64,000 bases of DNA from an uncultured Desulfobacter sp. (GCA_963665095.1 OY762069.1:3648001-3712000); one strand, 5' to 3'. Positions 10,827-21,138 are shown, numbered from the stretch's first letter. Notes: generated by a model from the letters alone, not told the origin. Numbers and translations are program-made.

Positions 10827-12514
10827 AAATCCTGTATAATATCAAGGCCTTTGCCATGGACAAAGAGTGCACCCGAGCCACGGCCATTGCCTGGGAAAAC
10901 GGAACCATCACCAGGGTGGGAGAAAAACAGGATCTGATCAGGGAGTGCAAAGATGCGGAAACAATAGACGGCCAGGGCCTTACCCTGGTTCCGGCCTTTA
11001 TTGATCCGCATATCCACTTTATGGACGGAACTGTTTACCAGGGTGCACTGGATTGTTCCCCTGCTGCTGCACCCGACATCCAGGCCCTGAAAGTATTATT
11101 GGCAAAAGAGGCTGCAAAACACAAAAAAGGAGAGTGGATTGTTGCCCAGGGCTATGACCCCTGGGCATATCCCCAAAAAAGGACCCCGTTGCGGCACGAC
11201 CTTGACCAGGCCTGCCCGAACAACCCTGTGGTAATTATTCACTACTCATTTCATGAATGCGCTGCCAACTCCAGGGCCCTTGCCCTGGCAGGAATTGACA
11301 GGGATTCACTGCCCCCGTTTGCAGGAATTATTAAAAAAGATCGCCAGGGCAATCCCACAGGACACCTTATTGAAACTGCCATGGAAAAGGTGCTGCGCCT
11401 TTCCAAAAAAGAATTGATTGCCCGGTCTGACCAGAAGATTTTGCAGCGGACCCAGACAGCCCAGCAAAAATTGTTTGAATTTGGCATCACAAGAATCGGG
11501 GATCCTGCCGTGGATCATTTAAGCCGTAAATTATACCAGCAGGCATTTGAACAAGGCATGCTGAAACTAACGGTCTTCATGTTCCCATGCAATGAACAAA
11601 ACATGCTCAAGCTCCCTTTGGACAAGCTTGACCAGCCGTTTCAATACAGAGACAATGAATGCCTGAAAACAGGGCATTTAAAAATTTTTCTGGACGGGGC
11701 AGACCGGACCGCCATGGCGTTAACCGGGAAGCAGCTTTTCCAAACCATTGCAATGACATTCTGGGATGCTGTCAGAACCATGTCCCTGACACCAGTTAAG
11801 ACAACCATGAGAAGCCCGGTAAAACTGAAAAAAGACGGATTGTTCCACTTTGGACTGATTCTGGCAGAACCGGACAAGTGCGGGCAGCTGGTTCAGAAAG
11901 CGGTTAAAAAAGGATTTTCTCCTGCCTTTCATGCCATTGGTAATGAGGCGGTTCAACTGGCGGTTGAATTGATTTCCCAGAACATGCCAAAGGCTTCCCG
12001 GTCCGGCAAAACCGTCCCCCCTCCCAGGATTGAACATGGTCTGTTCCTGAACAATGACCTGATCCGCCGGATTAAGGAGTCCGGGGCTGCAGTGGTGACC
12101 CAGCCCCTGTTTTTAACCCATATGGACAAGGAAAACCTGCCCCACATGCCGGAAATAAAGAAACTGCCCCTGCGTTCCATGATCGACCAGGGCATCCCTG
12201 TGGCCGGAAGCTCGGATTTCCCGGTGGTATCCTGCAACCCGCTGCTGGGAATTGAGCATGCGGTCACAAGGGTGACAAAAGGAAGTGAAACCCTGGATCA
12301 GCAGGAAGCTGTTACAGTGGAACAGGCCTTTGCCATGTACACCAGGCAGGCGGCTTTTGTGCTTGGATGCCTGGATGACACCGGCACCCTTTCACCAGGA
12401 AAACGGGCTGATTTTATTTTATTGTCCGGCGATCCTCTGGACAGCAGCAATGTCTGCTGGCATAAGGTCAAGGTGCAGAAAACCTATATGAACGGAAAAG
12501 TGGTGTTTCCGTAA
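10823..12514 (+). CDS. Amidohydrolase 3 (YtcJ-like) metal-dependent hydrolase
   Basis: PAFIDPHIH, KIFLDG, HAIGN, RIEH, GSSDFP, GKRADF. Start overlaps the upstream stop (ATGA). Confidence 0.9.
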   Translation: MKILYNIKAFAMDKECTRATAIAWENGTITRVGEKQDLIRECKDAETIDGQGLTLVPAFIDPHIHFMDGTVYQGALDCSPAAAPDIQALKVLLAKEAAKHKKGEWIVAQGYDPWAYPQKRTPLRHDLDQACPNNPVVIIHYSFHECAANSRALALAGIDRDSLPPFAGIIKKDRQGNPTGHLIETAMEKVLRLSKKELIARSDQKILQRTQTAQQKLFEFGITRIGDPAVDHLSRKLYQQAFEQGMLKLTVFMFPCNEQNMLKLPLDKLDQPFQYRDNECLKTGHLKIFLDGADRTAMALTGKQLFQTIAMTFWDAVRTMSLTPVKTTMRSPVKLKKDGLFHFGLILAEPDKCGQLVQKAVKKGFSPAFHAIGNEAVQLAVELISQNMPKASRSGKTVPPPRIEHGLFLNNDLIRRIKESGAAVVTQPLFLTHMDKENLPHMPEIKKLPLRSMIDQGIPVAGSSDFPVVSCNPLLGIEHAVTRVTKGSETLDQQEAVTVEQAFAMYTRQAAFVLGCLDDTGTLSPGKRADFILLSGDPLDSSNVCWHKVKVQKTYMNGKVVFP

Positions 12515-12702
12515 AAAAACATCTTTCATATATCGCAGCTGGCTGCACAGCCGGGATCAATTCTCTTTGCCTGACCAGTACTATTTTAAATGAATGACCC
12601 CGACTGATCCGTTAAAAATACCCAGTTTACTGAAACAGCAGATGGATAAAAGAACACCCATAATCTGCGTATTCCGTATCCTTTAAAACACCAAGCTGTT
12701 CA

Positions 12703-14187
12703 ATGGTTTTCTCACCCACCTTTTTGTTTTTCGTAAAAAAGCGCTGCAAGCGGAATTGGGATGAACATTCGATCCCCATGTTTAAAGCATCCAACATTCA
12801 ATACGAGATTGACGGTCGCCTCCAAGGCGTTGCTCCAGGTGGCATAGGGCTGATTCATATGCTTGCAAAAAGGACCGGTCTTCTGAAAGAAATTGATAAG
12901 GAGCTCGAACTGCTTAAACGTCATTTGCCCTATCACGAATCAGATCATGTCGCCAACATGGCGTATAATATTCTTGCCGGAGGCTCCTGCCTTCAGGATA
13001 TTGAACTGCTCAGAAACAATGAAGCCTGGTTGAATGCTCTCCATGCAGAAATTATCCCAGATCCAACTACAGCGGGAGACTTTTTGCGCCGGTTTACCAA
13101 AAAAGATATCATAGCACGGCTTGACGTCAAAAATACCATCCGAAAAAAGGTATGGGAAAAGCAGCCGCAAAACTTCAAGAAAGAAGCCATTATCAATATC
13201 GACGGCACCATCAGTGAGACAACCGGCGAGTGCAAACAGGGCATGGACATCTCCTATAATGGAAAGTGGGGATATGCCCCGCTGGTGGTTTCTCTGGAAA
13301 AAACAAGGGAGCCTCTTTATATTATCAATCGATCCGGCAATGCTCCGTCCCAGCTCGAATCTGCAGGGTGGGTGGACAAGGCCCTTGATCTGCTGGAGGG
13401 CACTTTTAAAAAATTATACGTTCGGGGAGATACTGATGTCAGCCTTACTTCCAACTTTGACAAATGGGATCAACGCTGTACCTTTGTCTTTGGCATGGAC
13501 GCCAGATCAAACCTGATAAAACTGGCCGATGGCCTTTTAGATGCCGAATGGGAGATGGTTGAAAAACAGCCACAAACAATCAAAACAAGCCCCAGAAAAC
13601 GTCCTGAAAATGTTAAACTTCAGGTGGTCAAAAAACGGGACTTCAAACGTCTTGAGACCGCCTGTGAACATATAGCCGAGTTTGAATATAAACCCGGTAA
13701 ATATCGAAACTCCTACAGGATGATCGTCCTGCGTAAAACAATAAACGAGTGCAGAGGCGAACGTCTGCTGTTTGACGATATCCGTTACTTTTTTTACATC
13801 ACCAACGATTGGAAAAAATCGGCCAGGCAGCTGGTCGATTTTTACCGAAAACGGGCTGATCACGAAAATGATATTGATCAGTTGAAACATGGCGTACATG
13901 CTATGGATAACCCCTCTGATCCTCTGAATGCCAACTGGGCCTATATGGTTATTGCATCTTTGGCATGGGATCTGAAGGCCTGGTATGGAATGATGATGCC
14001 ATATCGATCATTAGGGCTTTCGATTGTCCGTATGGAATTCAAACGTTTCATCCAGACATTTATAAATATCCCCTGCCTGATCATACGGTCCGGCAGGGCT
14101 AGTAAATACCGAATCATTGGTTATAACAACAGGCTCGCAAGCGTGTTCAAGTTTTTTAACTCTTTAAAGACTGTCTGGGTTACATGA
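12703..14187 (+). CDS. IS1380-family transposase, possibly 5'-truncated
   Basis: PYHESDH, IPDPTTAGDF, INIDGT, GYAPL, VRGDTD, YRKRADHENDIDQLK. The N-terminal residues look non-native and no matching left inverted repeat was found. Confidence 0.85.
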   Translation: MVFSPTFLFFVKKRCKRNWDEHSIPMFKASNIQYEIDGRLQGVAPGGIGLIHMLAKRTGLLKEIDKELELLKRHLPYHESDHVANMAYNILAGGSCLQDIELLRNNEAWLNALHAEIIPDPTTAGDFLRRFTKKDIIARLDVKNTIRKKVWEKQPQNFKKEAIINIDGTISETTGECKQGMDISYNGKWGYAPLVVSLEKTREPLYIINRSGNAPSQLESAGWVDKALDLLEGTFKKLYVRGDTDVSLTSNFDKWDQRCTFVFGMDARSNLIKLADGLLDAEWEMVEKQPQTIKTSPRKRPENVKLQVVKKRDFKRLETACEHIAEFEYKPGKYRNSYRMIVLRKTINECRGERLLFDDIRYFFYITNDWKKSARQLVDFYRKRADHENDIDQLKHGVHAMDNPSDPLNANWAYMVIASLAWDLKAWYGMMMPYRSLGLSIVRMEFKRFIQTFINIPCLIIRSGRASKYRIIGYNNRLASVFKFFNSLKTVWVT

Positions 14188-14600
14188 TGCTTTTGCTCCG
14201 GACAGTTATTGCAAACGGGTTGCAATGGCGAGTCAAAAACCTGTAGATTTCAAAAGGGAATTTAAGCAATGAACCACAATACAATCGGCAGTATTCCAAA
14301 AAATATCAGGACTCGTGCGTCTGTTTGATGGGGATTGGAGACACAAAATAATAGCTCGGGTCGCCGATTGCTTATGAGAAATTCATTTTTTATAACACGC
14401 TTGTTTTGGGGCTAAGCTGATACACGGATGTTTAACTTCTGATAAATCTATTTTTCAAAGCATTTACCCTGAATCTTCTTTACACGATCTATCCATACTG
14501 ATATGCAGTTCTGGTAAATACTAAGATGATAACCGACCAGGTTATCGGTTGATTCTTCATGATATGCGGTTAGATATCAGAATGCTCAAGATAACCGGAC

Positions 14601-14623
14601 AACCGGAGAATAACTTGTTAAGC
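14601..14623 (+). other. Possible attI-like simple site
   Basis: ...ccggagaataactt-GTTAAGC, a GTTRRRY core about 20 bp before the first island ORF and upstream of two attC-like sites. attI has little consensus, so this is weak. Confidence 0.3.
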
Positions 14624-14642
14624 CCATAAAAATGAGGTTTCT

Positions 14643-15692
14643 TTGAAAATATTTTACTCCTGGCAGAGCGATATTGAAGGTAAATACAATCGCAATTTCA
14701 TTAAAGACTGCCTTGAAAAAGCTATAAAGCAGATAAACAATGAGTTGAAAATTGAAGAAGCTATCAGGTTAGACCATGACACAAAAAATGTGTCAGGCAC
14801 ACCTGATATAGTAACAACCATTTTATCAAAAATTGAAGAAAGCGATATTTTTATCGGAGATTTAACCTTTGTAGCAAAAAGTATTCATAATAACAAATTA
14901 AATCCAAACCCAAATGTTCTCATTGAGTTAGGTTACGCGCTAAGTACACTTGGAGACTCAAGAGTCATCAATATCATGAATACTGCCTATGGCAAACCAG
15001 ACAATAATTTACCCTTCGACCTTGCCCACAAACGATGGCCTATCCAGTACAATCTATCAGAGGTTAATTACAGTGAAAAAACAGAAATTAAAACCTCACT
15101 CATTGTTTCGATAAAGTCAGCATTATTTCCATTTTTAAACAAACCCAAAGCTTCTACCCCACAATTTCAATCTCAAGCTGACAAAATTTTGCATAGAGAA
15201 AAGCTGAGAAAAGAGTTTGATAATGAGTTTCTTAAGATAAGATCACAGAATCTAAGAAGAGACTCAATTATAAGGGATGTAGACCGGGTTGATGGGTATC
15301 CAAATATTGACGATGATGAAACAGGCATTTCGCCTTGGTTTAAGGTTGCTATTCTCGAAACATACACCAAAGGAGTACGTGTTGGTTTACAGGTCGTAGG
15401 TCTAAAAGAATGTGAAGGTGGCTATAGATTTGTCGATTACAAGACAAAGGAAGAAAGTGATTTAAGAGCTTATTTGGTGGGCGAAATTCCTTTTGACTCA
15501 ATAGTTACTGTAAACTGGGAAGGCGATGAATATTACTACTTTCCACACCTCTATTGCCACTTCAACAATGACGGCGAGCCATATGAAAAACTAATGTATT
15601 GTGAGAAGGTCGACATGGGAAATGGTATTGATTATTACAAGGAAATTTCTGATTATAATTCTGTAAGAAGCAATACAATGTCATTAACTTAA
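14643..15692 (+). CDS. NDT/TIR-like nucleotide-processing domain protein with unknown C-terminal domain; 3' end clipped by IS4
   Basis: IFYSWQSD, SDIFIGDLT, NPNVLIELGYA, LPFD. AT-rich. The last codons (MSLT-stop) come from the IS4 inverted repeat. Confidence 0.7.
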   Translation: MKIFYSWQSDIEGKYNRNFIKDCLEKAIKQINNELKIEEAIRLDHDTKNVSGTPDIVTTILSKIEESDIFIGDLTFVAKSIHNNKLNPNPNVLIELGYALSTLGDSRVINIMNTAYGKPDNNLPFDLAHKRWPIQYNLSEVNYSEKTEIKTSLIVSIKSALFPFLNKPKASTPQFQSQADKILHREKLRKEFDNEFLKIRSQNLRRDSIIRDVDRVDGYPNIDDDETGISPWFKVAILETYTKGVRVGLQVVGLKECEGGYRFVDYKTKEESDLRAYLVGEIPFDSIVTVNWEGDEYYYFPHLYCHFNNDGEPYEKLMYCEKVDMGNGIDYYKEISDYNSVRSNTMSLT

Positions 15693-17171
15693 GAATGAAC
15701 AGGATTTAACTCGCTGAATTTATATGTAAATATTGAAATTTTAAGATCGACATGATATACTCAAATCTAATAATAACAGCGAATTATCAAAAAGAAAGGA
15801 GCATATCATGCCGAAACTTTTTAACCAATCTAACAGCGTTGACACGGAACCTGATTTCCAATATCTGTGCCAGGTTGATCGGATTTCTTCAAGAAATCAT
15901 CAACTCTGATCAATTTATCAAGCAGCACCACCAAAGTCCAACCGATTTTATCCGCCAACGAAAACTTCCTTTTTCAACCCTGATATTTTTTCTCATAAAT
16001 ATGGTAAAAGGCTCATATCAGGACGAACTTGATCATTTTTTCAAATCTATCTTTGGATTTGAAGTGGTTAAACGAATTGTCTCCAAAGCCGCTTTGACTA
16101 AAGCAAGAATGAAGCTGAAATATGAAGCTTTCATAGACCTCAATATGCGTTTGACCAGCTACTTTTATGAAAATTTTAAACCAAAGGAATGGCACGGGTT
16201 CAATTTGCTTGCCATAGACGGAACAACTGTTCGTTTGCCTCGAATAGAAGCTATCTCGGAGCATTTCGGGGCCTGGAATCCAAGGCAGGGAGACAAATGC
16301 CCCATGGCGAGAGTTTCACAAATGTTTGACCCCTTAAATAAAATCTCAGTGGATGCCATCATTGAATCCAAAAGCAGTGGAGAACGTGAATTGGCAGCAT
16401 TCCATTTCTTGAATTTAATGCCAAACGATTTAGTCTTCCTTGATCGAGGCTACCCGGCCTATTGGCTTTTTAATCTCATCTTGTCCCGTGGTGCTAATTT
16501 TTGTGCTCGAATCCAGCGTAAACGATGGAAAGTGGTCCGCCAGTTCTACAATTCAGGCAAAAAGGAAAAAATCATATCTTTGTCCGTATTCCCAAGTTCT
16601 ATCAAGCCCTGTAAAGAGATGGGCCTGGATCTCATCTCCTTGAAATTGAGATTAATCCGAGTGGAACTGGAAACCGGAGAATCCGAGGTTCTGATCACCT
16701 CCTTGCTTGATACACAGAGCCACCCACGCGAACTATTTGCAGATCTTTATCATCTCAGATGGCCTGTGGAAGAAGATTACAAAACAATGAAACAGTGGAT
16801 TGAAATAGAAAACTTCTCCGGCAAATCGATTCTTTCAGTGTATCAGGATTTTCATGCTAAAGTGTTTTCAAAAAACCTGATCTCAGCATTGATATACCCG
16901 ACTCAGGCCGTAATTGACAAAAATACCGAAGATCGACTTTATCGATATCAAAGAAATTTTGCCCAGACGTTATCAAAGATAAAGGATGTGCGCCCTCTCT
17001 TGTTCCTCAGGCCTTTAGAGACCGTGACCAGGTTGATATCCGATATCCAAGAGATAGTGGTAAAAACTATTGAACCGGTAAGGCCGGGACGAAAGTACCC
17101 GAGGAACTTTAATAATAGGGGCGGTCGTTTTCACTATGGATACCAGCCGCTCCGTTAAGTTAATGACATTG
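15676..17171 (+). mobile_element. IS4-family insertion sequence, 1496 bp
   Basis: Perfect 17-bp inverted repeats CAATGTCATTAACTTAA (15676-15692) and TTAAGTTAATGACATTG (17155-17171). No flanking duplication. Confidence 0.92.
15752..17158 (+). CDS. IS4-family transposase
   Basis: AIDGT, LDRGY, YHLRWPVEEDYKTMK (YREK motif). Start position uncertain. Confidence 0.9.
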   Translation: MIYSNLIITANYQKERSISCRNFLTNLTALTRNLISNICARLIGFLQEIINSDQFIKQHHQSPTDFIRQRKLPFSTLIFFLINMVKGSYQDELDHFFKSIFGFEVVKRIVSKAALTKARMKLKYEAFIDLNMRLTSYFYENFKPKEWHGFNLLAIDGTTVRLPRIEAISEHFGAWNPRQGDKCPMARVSQMFDPLNKISVDAIIESKSSGERELAAFHFLNLMPNDLVFLDRGYPAYWLFNLILSRGANFCARIQRKRWKVVRQFYNSGKKEKIISLSVFPSSIKPCKEMGLDLISLKLRLIRVELETGESEVLITSLLDTQSHPRELFADLYHLRWPVEEDYKTMKQWIEIENFSGKSILSVYQDFHAKVFSKNLISALIYPTQAVIDKNTEDRLYRYQRNFAQTLSKIKDVRPLLFLRPLETVTRLISDIQEIVVKTIEPVRPGRKYPRNFNNRGGRFHYGYQPLR

Positions 17172-17227
17172 ACTGACAAATAATAAAAAAATTGTTACCT
17201 TGGCAATTAAAGAAAATGTGGCCTAAT

Positions 17228-18268
17228 ATGTTCAATCCCAAATTCACCATAACCAACCGCATGACATCAGCCATCACCCAAATTGAACGAGCTCGGGGTT
17301 TTCTGGAAGCGGCAATATTATCCGATGACTGGGTGAGGGATATGGGAAATCAGGCCCTTATAAAAGAGGCCCATCATACCACCCATATCGAAGGGACACG
17401 GCTGACATTGGATCAGGCAGAACGTTTATGGAAAGGTGAAGCTGTACCTGAAGCCGATCCGGATGATACCAGAGAACTGTTGAACTACCGGACTGCTTTT
17501 GAATTTGTATCCCAATGTCTGGATAGTGGTGATCCAATTACTGAAGGAATGGTACGTGAAATTCACCGAAAGCTGGTTGAGGGGGTTCGGGGCGGCAAAG
17601 CAGGTCCGGGCAACTATCGGCGGATTCAAAATTATGTGGCCAATTCATCTACAGGTAAAGTGATTTATACACCACCATCTGCGGTGGAAGTGCCGATCAT
17701 GATGTCTGAATTGGTAAAATGGCTGAATTCGAATCTTGAAATCCACCCGGTCTTGATCAGTGGGATTGCCCAATTCCAACTGGTCCATATCCATCCGTTC
17801 CTTGATGGTAACGGGCGAGCTTCAAGGCTGTTATCAACCCTCTGTCTTTACAAGGCCGGATATGATTTCAAACGGTTGTTCACCATCAGTGAATATTATG
17901 ACCGTGACAGACCGACTTTTTATAAAAAAATACAGAGTGTTCGTGAAAACGACATGGATATGACCGGATGGCTGGACTATTTCATCACCGGTCTGGAAAC
18001 TCAAATGATTGAGGTTAAAAAGCGTGGCGAACGGGTAATCCGAAGAGATGTTATGGTTCAAAAACACGGGTTGAATGAACGGCAAGGAAAGGCCATAGAG
18101 TTTTTATTAACCCATGGAAAACTCTCTATAAAAGACTTTGAAGAACTTTGTCCGGAAGTGAACCGACGAAGTTTACAGCGAGACCTAAAAGCATTTTCCG
18201 ACAAAGGTTTGGTCAAAGAAGCCGGAACCGGCCCTACAGATCCAACACGCTATTATATTCTATCATAG
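17228..18268 (+). CDS. Fic-domain protein with C-terminal winged HTH
   Basis: [27 protein letters not shown]. Confidence 0.93.
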   Translation: MFNPKFTITNRMTSAITQIERARGFLEAAILSDDWVRDMGNQALIKEAHHTTHIEGTRLTLDQAERLWKGEAVPEADPDDTRELLNYRTAFEFVSQCLDSGDPITEGMVREIHRKLVEGVRGGKAGPGNYRRIQNYVANSSTGKVIYTPPSAVEVPIMMSELVKWLNSNLEIHPVLISGIAQFQLVHIHPFLDGNGRASRLLSTLCLYKAGYDFKRLFTISEYYDRDRPTFYKKIQSVRENDMDMTGWLDYFITGLETQMIEVKKRGERVIRRDVMVQKHGLNERQGKAIEFLLTHGKLSIKDFEELCPEVNRRSLQRDLKAFSDKGLVKEAGTGPTDPTRYYILS

Positions 18269-18322
18269 CTATGACAAGCTATGACACCGAGCTGTGACAC
18301 TACTATGACAAACACTGTGACA
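18269..18322 (+). repeat. Five direct repeats of CTRTGACA
   Basis: Copies start at 18269, 18279, 18292, 18303 and 18315. Confidence 0.85.
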
Positions 18323-18336
18323 CCTGAATAGAAGGA

Positions 18337-18386
18337 TTCCAACAAAATAATGAACCGGATGTAACCGGTTATTTTTGTGGTTAAAA
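18337..18386 (+). other. Short attC-like integron recombination site
   Basis: TTCCAAC-5 nt-AATGAACC-10 nt-GGTTATT-6 nt-GTTAAAA. Canonical box spacing, with one extrahelical base in L''. Confidence 0.65.
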
Positions 18387-18429
18387 ATGGTCAAAATTGC
18401 TATGTTTAATCAATTAATAAGGAGACAAT

Positions 18430-19563
18430 ATGAAGATGAATCGGATCAATTTAACATTCTGGCAGGTGCTGTTGGTATCAGCGCTGTTGATTAACGCTTT
18501 CTCACTCCCTGCTACTGCCTGTACAGGCATTCGATTAACCGCTAAAGACGGAGGTGTTGTCTATGGCAGAACTATGGAATGGGGAGCTTTCGACCTACAT
18601 ACAAGAGTCGCCATCATTCCGAGAGGGTACAAGTATGTCGGCTTAACGCCGGATGGAAACAATGGAAAAACTTATACCACAAATTATGGTATTGTTGCGC
18701 TCGACATGGTTGGAAAAGATTTCATCTCGGATGGAATGAATGAAAAAGGTTTGGCGCTGGGTATGTTTTACCACCCCGGATATGCCGTGTACCCCGAATA
18801 CAAAAAAGAGAATGCCCAAAACAGTATTTCAAGCCAGGAGCTTGCAAACTATATTTTAGGTGAATTTGCAAGCGTGCAGGAAGTGCGTGATGGCTTGCCC
18901 AATGTAACTGTAGTAGGCGTTGTTGAAAAAGCTATTGGTATAATTGTTCAAGGCCATTGGATGGTTACTGACAAAACCGGAGAATCGATTGTCATTGAAT
19001 ATACTGAAGGGAAATTAAAGATTCATGATGCCCCTCTTGGAGTTATTACCAATGCCCCAAACTACGATTGGCACATGACCAATTTAAGCAATTATGTAAA
19101 CATATCTATGTTTTCCGTAGAACCTAAGGAATTAGAAGGAGTCAAGTTTTCACCAACCGGAGCAGGTTCGGGTATGATAGGCTTGCCAGGTGACAACACG
19201 CCACCTTCGCGTTTTGTCAGAGCTGTTGCCTGGACACAAACAGCAAGAAAAACCGAAACAGCCGATGAAACTCTTTATGAGGCTTTCAGGATATTGGATA
19301 ATTTTAATCTCCCACTGGGCCCCGATGGAGCAGAAGGCGCGGGCCACGCTGGCGACACTGACTTGATGCGTTCATCAACTATCTGGACCAGCGCCTGGAA
19401 CCTTAAAGACTTGACATTGAATTACCACACACAGCACAATCGACGTATAAGGCAAGTCGATATGAAAGCTATAAATTTTGGTGAACTTGATGGTGAGATA
19501 GTGCATGTCGTTTTGGATGATAAAAAAGAACAGGATCTAAAAGATATAACGCCAAAAAAATAG
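18430..19563 (+). CDS. Choloylglycine hydrolase/penicillin V acylase-family Ntn hydrolase, secreted
   Basis: Signal peptide ending ATA-CTG (N-terminal Cys nucleophile), GRTMEW, DGMNEKGL, ITNAP, LPGDNTPPSRF. Confidence 0.92.
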   Translation: MKMNRINLTFWQVLLVSALLINAFSLPATACTGIRLTAKDGGVVYGRTMEWGAFDLHTRVAIIPRGYKYVGLTPDGNNGKTYTTNYGIVALDMVGKDFISDGMNEKGLALGMFYHPGYAVYPEYKKENAQNSISSQELANYILGEFASVQEVRDGLPNVTVVGVVEKAIGIIVQGHWMVTDKTGESIVIEYTEGKLKIHDAPLGVITNAPNYDWHMTNLSNYVNISMFSVEPKELEGVKFSPTGAGSGMIGLPGDNTPPSRFVRAVAWTQTARKTETADETLYEAFRILDNFNLPLGPDGAEGAGHAGDTDLMRSSTIWTSAWNLKDLTLNYHTQHNRRIRQVDMKAINFGELDGEIVHVVLDDKKEQDLKDITPKK

Positions 19564-19592
19564 AATACGAAGAATAATTGAACACAACAAAT

Positions 19593-19718
19593 GGCTAACA
19601 ACCGCTCCAGCCGACCCGGGGGTCTATCGACTTTTCAAAGACCTTGGTTTATGAAAGGATTTGGCTTTTACAACGCGCTCGGCGACTTGCCCCCGGTCGG
19701 CTGAGCTTATCGTTAAAG
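19593..19718 (+). other. attC-like integron recombination site, 126 bp
   Basis: GGCTAAC-aacc-GCTCCAGC-cgacccggggg...cccccggtcg-GCTGAGC-ttatc-GTTAAAG, about 30 bp after the Ntn-hydrolase stop. Confidence 0.78.
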
Positions 19719-19850
19719 TGGAATAAATTCGTGATGATGGGAGTGTAAGAACCGGATGAATCGCCACTGAGTCATTTAAATCTGTCATGAAACCTGATAT
19801 CAAGGATATTGTCTGATTTTTAAAACTGAAAGGAAACGAGTAAAGGACGT

Positions 19851-20789
19851 ATGTTATTTTTTAAAGACAAGAAAACCGGTAAAGAGTGCCTTTCTCTTGT
19901 CGAGGATGGTAGCAAGCAAGACTATGAGTGTGTCTTTTCTGCTTGTCCCAATCCGACTTGTACCTGCCTGACCATAGACATTGATCTTACCTTCATGACA
20001 GGTCAGAACCGTGGGAATCTGCCCAAACTTGGCCACAGTGTTACAATTGATCTGGACAAAAGAAAACTGCAGACGTCACCCGAAATAAAATTACCGCCTG
20101 AGGAAAAGGCTTTTGGAGATCTGCTTTTATCCCAGCTTGGAGAAGATGATTTTAAATTCCTGGAAACCAAGCATTTTGCCTATAAAAATAAGATTACAAA
20201 AGAAGCAGACATCAACGAAATAGAGGGCTATTTTGACTATGATGAAGTAGAGCTGAATGGGTTGATGTATGCTTACAATGGTATTTTACCGTATGGCGAC
20301 CGGATTCTGGTCGATATAAAAAAAGAAAAATACCTGATTGTAGACCAATTCTGCCTGGTGCCAAAGTGTAAATGCACGGATACAATCCTGGATTTAGTAG
20401 CTGCCGGGGAAGATGCAATGACGGCGGAACCCTGGTGTGCCGTTCAACTGAAATATGCAAAAAGGCACTGGGCCGCGATGGAGGATTCTTTTCCTCCCAT
20501 CCCCATAGAAGAAATTCGAGCCGCCATTGAAGCACAACATCCGGACTTTTACAAACAGCTTCTAAAGCGCCATGAAAAATTAAAAAAGATCTATTTGAAT
20601 TGCCGCAGGAAACATTATTTACCTCCACAGATCGTAACAGACCCGAAAGTTGGCAGAAACGATCCCTGCCCCTGTGGCAGCGGGAAAAAATATAAAAAGT
20701 GTTGTTTAAAATCGACCACACCGGTTGGATTCCCAGACAACCGATCGGACATTTCCGACTTTCAATTTCCCGGCGATTTTAAATTATAA
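19851..20789 (+). CDS. SEC-C motif protein
   Basis: [20 protein letters not shown] plus two CxxPxCxC motifs. Confidence 0.85.
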   Translation: MLFFKDKKTGKECLSLVEDGSKQDYECVFSACPNPTCTCLTIDIDLTFMTGQNRGNLPKLGHSVTIDLDKRKLQTSPEIKLPPEEKAFGDLLLSQLGEDDFKFLETKHFAYKNKITKEADINEIEGYFDYDEVELNGLMYAYNGILPYGDRILVDIKKEKYLIVDQFCLVPKCKCTDTILDLVAAGEDAMTAEPWCAVQLKYAKRHWAAMEDSFPPIPIEEIRAAIEAQHPDFYKQLLKRHEKLKKIYLNCRRKHYLPPQIVTDPKVGRNDPCPCGSGKKYKKCCLKSTTPVGFPDNRSDISDFQFPGDFKL

Positions 20790-20847
20790 TGTTTTGTTGC
20801 ATCAGGGTTAAAAAGTATGAATGAGTTTTTGAAAAGGTATAAACAAC

Positions 20848-21138
20848 ATGGACGGTTCTTTTCCACAGTATGAAGCTGAATGCCAGGGCTGTGATACCTT
20901 TTTGCCGGTTAATGATTTAGGACTGTGTGAAGATTGTGCGGGCAAACTTGACCGCGATATGATCCGTAAACGAGATTGGGCGTATTCCGTCCTTGCATTT
21001 GGATGTCCAAAAGACAAACTTGAAGATTTAAGGAACGATATTATCAAAAAGCACGGTAAAACATTTGAACTGATTGCTGATGAAAAACCTAAAAAGAAAA
21101 AACAGGGGAATAAACGCAAACGAACTCGAAAAAAATAA
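20848..21138 (+). CDS. Small Zn-binding hypothetical protein
   Basis: CQGC...CEDC and a basic tail; same strand as its neighbours. Confidence 0.6.
   Translation: MDGSFPQYEAECQGCDTFLPVNDLGLCEDCAGKLDRDMIRKRDWAYSVLAFGCPKDKLEDLRNDIIKKHGKTFELIADEKPKKKKQGNKRKRTRKK

Noticed and set aside
12540..14640. Integron integrase gene
   Set aside because: No tyrosine-recombinase motifs were found in the flanking non-coding segments or the ORF track.
18269..18322. CRISPR array
   Set aside because: 8-bp units with 2-5 bp gaps and no cas genes.
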